Shown one piece after another: positions 8,495 to 14,003 of a DNA stretch of 14,003 bases. The DNA is taken from positions 1 through 14,003 of the forward strand of contig JBBQPO010000161.1 of NCBI GenBank assembly GCA_038217285.1, given 5' to 3'. The notes beneath the pieces were generated by a model. That model did not search any database, was not told where the DNA came from, and saw only the letters and a list, made by a program, of their open reading frames with translations. The DNA is from Chthonomonadales bacterium (GTDB lineage Bacteria; Armatimonadota; Chthonomonadetes; Chthonomonadales; Chthonomonadaceae). The translations under genes and the position numbers were made by a program. Positions within the stretch are counted from its first letter, which is position 1. Each line of letters begins with the position of its first letter.

Positions 8495-9711
8495 GTGCGC
8501 CCCCTCCCCGCTCTGGTGGACTGGCCCTCCTGTTGGCCTTGTTGGAGAGGCTGCAGGCCTGGTTCGTCTTTCTTAGTTCGCTCTTCTCGGCGAAGGGGCG
8601 CAGCCGCGTGCGAGCACGACGCCCCTGGCAGGTGCGTATTCGCGGTCGTCAGCCCGTCCGGATACGGCGAGAGGATGTCGAGCGACTTTTGCAGCAGCAG
8701 CAGGCATTGAAAGACCTCGACAGGATCGCCGCTCTCGCGGGAACGTTTCGCACCCCGGAAAGCGATTTTTTCGCCGACCCACAGCAGGTCGAAGCGCTGA
8801 TACGGCGTCTGCTGCACGAAAATCCGCCGTGGCTCTACGTGTCGAGGGTCCTGCGGGGCGGCGAACAGGGCGGGGAGGCGCATAGCGCGGAGGTCGTCTA
8901 CCGTGAACAGGTGATTCGGGAGATGCAGGAGGTGACTCTGTTTGTCCCGGACGAGGTGTGGCGTGACAAACCCCTGGCCTCCCTCACGATGCAGCCCGCC
9001 CGCAACCTGAGCGAGATCTGGCAGGCCCGGATGCTGGATCAGGTGCTGCCGCCCTCCCTACTTCTCGACCGCCAGCAGCGCGGCGAGATCCTGATTCCGG
9101 TACGGCGGAAGCAGCGCCAGCGTCTCGAATTTCTTCCGGAGCAGCGCCGGGTCGAACAGGTGGTGCGCACGCTCGTTCCTATCCCTATCGAGACGGAAAA
9201 CGGCAGCGGACGCGGGGGACAACTGCTCTACTTTCTTCTCGACAGCAGCGCCTCCATGCGGGGTCGGCACGCGACTCTGGCCATGACCGTCCTCGCCTGC
9301 GTCCTGCGCGCCAACATGGGCCAACGCGACACACGCTATCTCTTCCGCCATTTCGCCGAAGAGGTCTGGCCTCCTATCCTGGAACTGCCTCTCCAGGCCA
9401 CAACGGTTCAGGAGAAGGATCGTCTGTTCGACACCATCCTTGCCACCAACTTCAACGGCGCCGCCACCTATATCAACGACGCCCTCGCCGTCGTTCTCGC
9501 CGATATAGAGAACCTGCGCCGTCAAGAGAGTCTGGACGCTTCTCTCCTGCTCGTCACCGACGGCCGTTCCGAGATCCTGCCTTCGACCCGTCTTCGTTTT
9601 CAGGAGGCACAGGTGAAAGTCCATACGGTTATGGTCGTTCCCGAAAGCAACCCCACCCTCGCAGCCCTCTCCGAGACATTCACAACGCTGGACATCGCTC
9701 CAACCTCATGA
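8491..9711 (+). CDS. VWA (MIDAS) domain protein, ViaA-like partner of the AAA+ ATPase
   Basis: ATGA overlap with the ATPase stop. The C-terminal VWA has LLDSSASM (DxSxS), NGAATYINDAL (T) and LLLVTDG (D). Confidence 0.85.
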   Translation: MSAPPPRSGGLALLLALLERLQAWFVFLSSLFSAKGRSRVRARRPWQVRIRGRQPVRIRREDVERLLQQQQALKDLDRIAALAGTFRTPESDFFADPQQVEALIRRLLHENPPWLYVSRVLRGGEQGGEAHSAEVVYREQVIREMQEVTLFVPDEVWRDKPLASLTMQPARNLSEIWQARMLDQVLPPSLLLDRQQRGEILIPVRRKQRQRLEFLPEQRRVEQVVRTLVPIPIETENGSGRGGQLLYFLLDSSASMRGRHATLAMTVLACVLRANMGQRDTRYLFRHFAEEVWPPILELPLQATTVQEKDRLFDTILATNFNGAATYINDALAVVLADIENLRRQESLDASLLLVTDGRSEILPSTRLRFQEAQVKVHTVMVVPESNPTLAALSETFTTLDIAPTS

Positions 9712-9911
9712 ACTACGCCCCGCGCGAAGCGGAAGCTACGGTCGGCAGCCTGGTTCAAACCTGGAAATTGAACGTCCTTTCACACCGTTTCGAACGACAA
9801 TTCCCATCCTCGCCAAAAGAGCAGGTCAAATAAATCGTGTAGATGATAACATTTGGTCGTTCTTAGGCGATAATATATATGTGCGTTGTAACTTTCGGAA
9901 ACAAGGAGCTT

Positions 9912-10076
9912 ATGATGTCCATATTGATAAACGAAGCCGTCACCGTGGAAACGGCGCCCAGTACGCTTCCCATACCGGTCGAAACGATGCCTACCGATCC
10001 GAACGATCCCTGCGGCGTCACTCCTGCGCTGATCGAAGAGATCGAGGAGATTGGCAGAAACCATCCCCGCCGATAG
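9912..10076 (+). CDS. Small hypothetical protein (~54 aa)
   Basis: Strong RBS AAGGAG (9903-9908) before ATG ATG (9912/9915), an AT-rich upstream region, and a terminator immediately after the stop. Confidence 0.65.
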   Translation: MMSILINEAVTVETAPSTLPIPVETMPTDPNDPCGVTPALIEEIEEIGRNHPRR

Positions 10077-10088
10077 TCGGTAACCAAT

Positions 10089-10125
10089 ACAGCAAGAGTG
10101 CTCACCCGCTCTTGCTGTTCTGTTT
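10089..10125 (+). terminator. Rho-independent terminator
   Basis: Stem ACAGCAAGAGTG / CGCTCTTGCTGT (one G-U pair), 6-nt loop, followed by TCTGTTT, starting 12 nt after the stop at 10076. Confidence 0.7.
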
Positions 10126-10164
10126 CCGATCCCGCTGTCTCTACGACACGAAGGGAGGAGGCTC

Positions 10165-10503
10165 TTGGGTTCAGGGAAGAGTTTAGGGCGACTCGTCGCT
10201 CTGTTGGTTTTGTCGGCCCTCCTGGAGGTCGGTGGGGACGCGGGCATACGGTCGGGTCTTCAGGGCAAGCAGGCGGGGTTTATTCTCGGGTCGGTGTTGC
10301 TCATCGCGTACGGGTTCGTCGTCAATCTGTCGAAGCTCGATTTCGGCAAACTGATGGGTATCTACATCGCGGTCTTTTTTGTCGTGTCGCAGATCCTCGC
10401 CGTCCTCGTCTTCAAAGAGAAGATCCACGCGCCGACACTGGTTGGCGGCGCGCTCATCATTGCGGGCGGCTGCGTACTGACGTTCTGGCGCGCCGCAGCC
10501 TGA
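10165..10503 (+). CDS. Small 4-TM membrane protein, SMR/YnfA-like (DMT superfamily)
   Basis: Four hydrophobic segments, with a membrane Glu in TM1 (ALLEVGGD), DFGKLMGIY and GGALIIAGG. TTG start with RBS GGAGGAGG. Confidence 0.75.
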   Translation: MGSGKSLGRLVALLVLSALLEVGGDAGIRSGLQGKQAGFILGSVLLIAYGFVVNLSKLDFGKLMGIYIAVFFVVSQILAVLVFKEKIHAPTLVGGALIIAGGCVLTFWRAAA

Positions 10504-10558
10504 TGTCGGCGGATTGTGCGAACGGGCATCGGTCCGCCGACATCGATTTTCCAGCCGA

Positions 10559-11317
10559 CTATTTCAGGTCCCGACCGGCCAGGCCATTCGGTGTCAGATC
10601 CGGGTCGGGGCAGTCATCTATCGAGGGCGTCACATTATGTGCCTGCACGAAACGAACGTGCCCATCGGTCAGCACATAGTTGCGCGCGCCCTGCCATCGA
10701 TCCGCTCCCGGAGTCATAGGCCCCTTGTAACCGCTGCCCCAGAACCCGATACGACCGGACGCTCCTGTCTGATGACTGTTCAGCCACTCCGCCACCAAAA
10801 TCTTGTCCGAAGGAAACGCCACAGCCGCTTCTGTCTGCGTGATCGTCGTGAGGGCGGGCGGACTGGAGAGCAGATCCCCGAAGTGCATGCTGTTGACCTG
10901 ATCGGTCGAATGGTAGAAGCAGGCCGGATAGAGGTACGACGTGGCGTCGAAGGTGGTGCCGGAGACAGTATCCGACGGACAGATAAGAATGGATGGATTG
11001 CCGTTGACAGCGTTGAAACCCTTTGCCGCCTGTCGCTGCCCTGCCGCCAGATAGGGCATGAGAGGCCAGCGCCAGTGGCGACCTGCATACAGATACGGAT
11101 CCCCCGTGTTGGGGAAACCCTCGTCGTAGTCCTGCGTGTAGAGATGAAACGCGGTACCGATCTGTCTCAGGTTGGACAGGCAGGTCGTTTTCCGGGCCTG
11201 CTCCCTTGCCTGCGCGAAAACAGGGAAGAGGATCGCTGCCAGAATAGCGATAATGGCGATGACGACGAGCAGTTCGATCAGTGTGAAGCCGGTGCGAGTA
11301 CGGGGTGAAGACATCAT
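10559..11317 (-). CDS. Prepilin-type N-terminal cleavage/methylation protein with DUF1559-like body and a variant H-X9-DG C-terminal motif
   Basis: [42 protein letters not shown]...YTQDYDE, and C-terminal [15 protein letters not shown]. Start is ATG 11317 or 11314. Confidence 0.9.
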   Translation of the reverse strand: MMSSPRTRTGFTLIELLVVIAIIAILAAILFPVFAQAREQARKTTCLSNLRQIGTAFHLYTQDYDEGFPNTGDPYLYAGRHWRWPLMPYLAAGQRQAAKGFNAVNGNPSILICPSDTVSGTTFDATSYLYPACFYHSTDQVNSMHFGDLLSSPPALTTITQTEAAVAFPSDKILVAEWLNSHQTGASGRIGFWGSGYKGPMTPGADRWQGARNYVLTDGHVRFVQAHNVTPSIDDCPDPDLTPNGLAGRDLK

Positions 11318-11371
11318 TGTTCTAAGAAGGAGACCTTTCTTGCGTTTTGGGTGATTCACGATTAGCGGCAA

Positions 11372-11576
11372 CTACAGGATACCGCGTTCTTTGAGGGAAA
11401 CGAAGCGATTGTCGCCGAGGATGACATGGTCCAGGAGTTCGATGCCGAGGATCTGACCGGCTTCGGCCAGTCGTTGCGTGATGCGGCGGTCTTCGGCACT
11501 GGGAGTTGGGTCGCCGCTCGGGTGGTTGTGGGCGACGATGATCGCGGCAGCGCTGGCGGCAATGGCGTCTTTGTAC
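11372..11576 (-). pseudogene. radC: 3' fragment of radC (JAB/MPN domain), 5'-truncated
   Basis: [61 protein letters not shown] is the RadC C-terminus. The expected preceding HPREV is absent, and an in-frame TGA lies at 11582-11584. Confidence 0.9.
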
Positions 11577-11687
11577 TCCAATCAAATACGTGAAACTGCC
11601 TGACAGAAAATTGCGAGGGAACCCGAAGCTCAATATGGGCGCGAAGCGCCTGCATCATTTCCTAAAACTGATTAAAGAAGGGCACTC

Positions 11688-12025
11688 TTGATTCCTTCAC
11701 AATCCTGTTTTCTCCCTGAACAGAGCGACAAGTCATTATTGAAGGTGGGTGAACTGATGATTGCCCCTTGGAACCGTAAAAAAGACCTGGAAGCCATTGG
11801 AAAAATACCAGTTTTTACGGGTGCAGGAATGGCACTTATGCGTTGGGCAGTTCATCGAAGCCAGGAATTAGGATTTGAAGGCAGACTTGGTGCGTATCGC
11901 AGTATGAAGATTTGATTCCCTTTTACACTGATACCTGTGGTATGGCATTTGTAGAGGATACCGAAGGTGGCCGTTGGTGTGAGTATACTCCCGATTCTGC
12001 ACGCCTTTTCTTGAATGGCGCATGA
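11688..12025 (+). pseudogene. GNAT-fold acetyltransferase remnant ('APWNR' type), 5'-truncated and frameshifted at ~11891
   Basis: CFLPEQSDKSLLKVGELMIAPWNR...FTGAGMALMRWAVHRSQELGFEGRLG continues in the -1 frame as CVSQYEDLIPFYTDTCGM...WCEYTPDSARLFLNGA, with the stop at 12023-12025. Confidence 0.65.
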
Positions 12026-12207
12026 CCCGCTCTTGCCGTGCCAAGCCGTTCTACTTCAAAGTCCCACAGCAGACTTTTCCACAGGATTGACCAGGGGGGG
12101 CCTTGTTTTCGACTAGGATACCATCTGGGGGGAGAGAATGTCTGTTTCCTTTTTGCGACTCACCGTTAGCTCCAGAAAATTTTATTTTTTGAAAAATCTG
12201 CATACCC

Positions 12208-12630
12208 TCAACGGAGGGGAGTTCCGATTCCTTCGTCCGCCAGTGCTCCCCGAAGGAGGCGCTTAGAATTGTGCGATTCCCACTGGCGGCGCTGCTTCAT
12301 CAATATTTCAGTGACACGCTTCTCCCTCTCCGTCGAGGCTACCTGTCCGTCCAATTCCTTCGGAACAAGTGCGACCCGCTTCAAGGTAGGTCGCGCCGTC
12401 GCGAAAAGCACATCGTCCGTGCGGATAAGTTTTCGGGCGCGGTTGGGCGCTTCGCGCCCGATGATCGTCTTTGTCTCTACGATCTGGTATGGCTGGTTGG
12501 AGACGCTGGACACGTCCACATACTCAAAGGCCGCATCAGGGTTTCGGTCAGGATTGACGGTCGTTGTTTTGACGCACACGCTTCGGAGTGCATCCTGCTC
12601 CCAATGCGATGGAACGGAGAGGCTGCTCAT
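12208..12630 (-). pseudogene. hsdS: Truncated type I restriction-modification specificity subunit (partial first TRD only)
   Basis: VPSHWE...L, FEYVDVSSV, APNRARKLIRTDDVLFATARPTLKRVALVP..LDGQVAST is a typical HsdS TRD start. Similarity breaks at ~12330, and the ORF ends at 140 aa versus ~400 aa for a full HsdS. Confidence 0.8.
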
Positions 12631-14003
12631 GCTTGGGTCTCCTTTTCGCTGTCCGCTGCGGGATTCGTCCCCTTATTTGCGCGATTACTGCGTGATGGTT
12701 GCGCGATCTGCGCGTTTTTCATCTGGTAACGGGCAGTAGGCCCGCGCCCGCCTGAAGGGACGAAAATCCCTTCCGCCACCAATACCGTCAAGTCCGACAG
12801 GGCGGTGCGGGCGCTGACAAACATTTCCGTTCGGTACTCGGTATTCGAGATGCTGCCGTGCTGCTGGACATAGCGCACCGCCTGAATCTGGCGAGGAGAA
12901 AGTCCCAACGCGGTCAGCCGCTCGTCGGTGTACGGGTCTTTGTGGAACGTGACATGAAATTCTCCGCTGACCTGGGCGAACTCTGGCGCGGGAAGGTTCT
13001 GCGCCGCGCACTCCTCAGCCATTCGGAGGGTTCCGCTTCCCCACCGCTCCACGATCTCGGTAAAGAAAAACGCCTGGGCCAGCAGCGGATTCCGCAACTT
13101 CGACGGGTGCGGGTTACGGGACAGATCGGCAATGGTCAGCCCTTCGGGGAGCAGGCCAGGACTGGAAATTAGGATTCGATCATCGTACACGCGGAGCATC
13201 ACGCGGCCCATGTCGGCATAGTCCCGATGCAGCAGAGCGTTCGCCACCGCCTCGCGCAGAGCAGTCAGCGGATACTCCCATACCTCGACCCGCTGTAATG
13301 CCGCGACCCGCTGTGATGCCGCCACGAGCGTACGTTCCCCTGCCTTGGCGGGGAACTCGTACCGCACCTGAAGGTATGTCCGAAGCGCCGCCATCACGCC
13401 GTCTAGTTGCGCGAACAGGTTGCCGGTAATCTGCCTATCATCCAGAATGGTTGTGCCGTCTCCCTTGAAGCGGCCCACCTGAATAAACGCGGTTGGGGAA
13501 AGCCGCTGCGCCTGCTGATCCTTGCCGAACAGCAACACGGCGGCACGGAGCAACCTTCCCTCCTCATTAATCAGTTGCAGGTTGTTCAGAATCGTCCCCG
13601 CGTCATCGGATGGACGCAGGGCAGGAAGACGCCGACGGGCCAGCGCCTTGAAGTCCTCGAAAGTCTTGGGGTCCAGCGCGTCCATTTCCACAGCGCAAGG
13701 CAGGGCATCCCATCGTAATCCCGTACGCTCCAGCAGGAACCGTGTCAACTCCTCAGCGGGCACATCGCGTGTAGTGTTTCCGACGCGGCGGTAATAACGC
13801 CCGCGCAGAGAAACAGGCGCGGGAGCACGATACATGCAGATCGCCAGCGTGGGCAAACCTTCCACCGTCTCCACTGTCATAGAGGCCGGATGTACGTGAA
13901 GGTTAAGAACGATCTGGCTTGAGATTCGCGTCTGATCACTGTCGCCACCCGTCCACCCGCCTGGTGAGATCGGATGGCCGTCATCGTCAATCCCAACCCA
14001 AAG
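12627..14003 (-). CDS. AlbA_2 (Schlafen-like) + HATPase_c_4 (RecG C-terminal-like) + HTH protein; 5'-partial
   Basis: The frame is open from 14003 (LWVGIDDDG, AlbA_2 motif). It contains YYRRVGNTT, YPLTALREAVANALLHRDY, ISSPGLLP, SKLRNPLLA, ERWGSG and a C-terminal wHTH (LSPRQ...ISNTEY...RTALSDL). Its stop overlaps the hsdS start (ATGA). Confidence 0.88.
   Translation of the reverse strand, partial: LWVGIDDDGHPISPGGWTGGDSDQTRISSQIVLNLHVHPASMTVETVEGLPTLAICMYRAPAPVSLRGRYYRRVGNTTRDVPAEELTRFLLERTGLRWDALPCAVEMDALDPKTFEDFKALARRRLPALRPSDDAGTILNNLQLINEEGRLLRAAVLLFGKDQQAQRLSPTAFIQVGRFKGDGTTILDDRQITGNLFAQLDGVMAALRTYLQVRYEFPAKAGERTLVAASQRVAALQRVEVWEYPLTALREAVANALLHRDYADMGRVMLRVYDDRILISSPGLLPEGLTIADLSRNPHPSKLRNPLLAQAFFFTEIVERWGSGTLRMAEECAAQNLPAPEFAQVSGEFHVTFHKDPYTDERLTALGLSPRQIQAVRYVQQHGSISNTEYRTEMFVSARTALSDLTVLVAEGIFVPSGGRGPTARYQMKNAQIAQPSRSNRANKGTNPAADSEKETQA

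Larger units (their letters stand above)
11577..14003. mobile_element. End of a putative genomic island inserted in radC (extends beyond the window)
   Basis: Abrupt radC truncation, a visibly more AT-rich stretch at 11577-12207, decayed genes and R-M-type cargo. No integrase is present in the window. Confidence 0.6.

Noticed and set aside
9753-9773. GTTCAA-N9-TTGAAC inverted repeat as an operator
   Set aside because: Only 6-bp arms, matching no operator I can name and lying far from the next start.
9912-10076. Pup/UBact-like modifier
   Set aside because: The C-terminus is HPRR, not GGE/GGQ/GE, and no proteasome or ligase genes are adjacent.
10126-10164. Guanidine-II riboswitch upstream of the SMR-like gene (two ACGA words)
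   Set aside because: The ACGA words are not loops of two GC-rich hairpins, and the protein is not clearly Gdx/SugE.
11372-11581. Stand-alone 69-aa JAB protein starting at TTG 11581
   Set aside because: There is no RBS and the N-terminal part of the JAB domain is missing. It is better explained as a truncated radC.
12075-12083. DnaA-box-like TTTTCCACA
   Set aside because: A single match with no box cluster or origin context, which is expected by chance.
1-14003. CRISPR array, tRNA/rRNA, integrase or transposase
   Set aside because: By inspection there are no regularly spaced direct repeats, no RNA-gene signatures and no recombinase motifs in the ORFs.

Overview
GC-rich bacterial DNA. The prepilin/DUF1559, TIGR03790 and DUF1501 genes suggest Armatimonadota or a similar lineage (inference only). 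Positions 1-11570 look like ordinary chromosome. In order they hold: a 5'-partial STAND-like ATPase-wHTH-TPR gene, a phytanoyl-CoA dioxygenase family gene, a TIGR03790-like gene broken by a 1-nt frameshift, a GNAT, a small membrane protein plus a Tat-signal DUF1501 protein, and a second GNAT. Next come a divergent RavA/ViaA-like (MoxR AAA+ and VWA) pair behind a near-consensus sigma70 promoter, a stand-alone ~54-aa ORF, an SMR/YnfA-like membrane protein and a prepilin-type protein. At ~11575 radC is cut off mid-gene, and only its 3' part is present. A short imperfect inverted repeat spans the break, and the DNA beyond it turns AT-rich. That segment holds a frameshifted GNAT remnant, a truncated type I R-M hsdS and an AlbA_2/HATPase_c_4/HTH gene running off the edge. 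The best interpretation is the end of a genomic island integrated into radC. No rRNA, tRNA or CRISPR array was seen.
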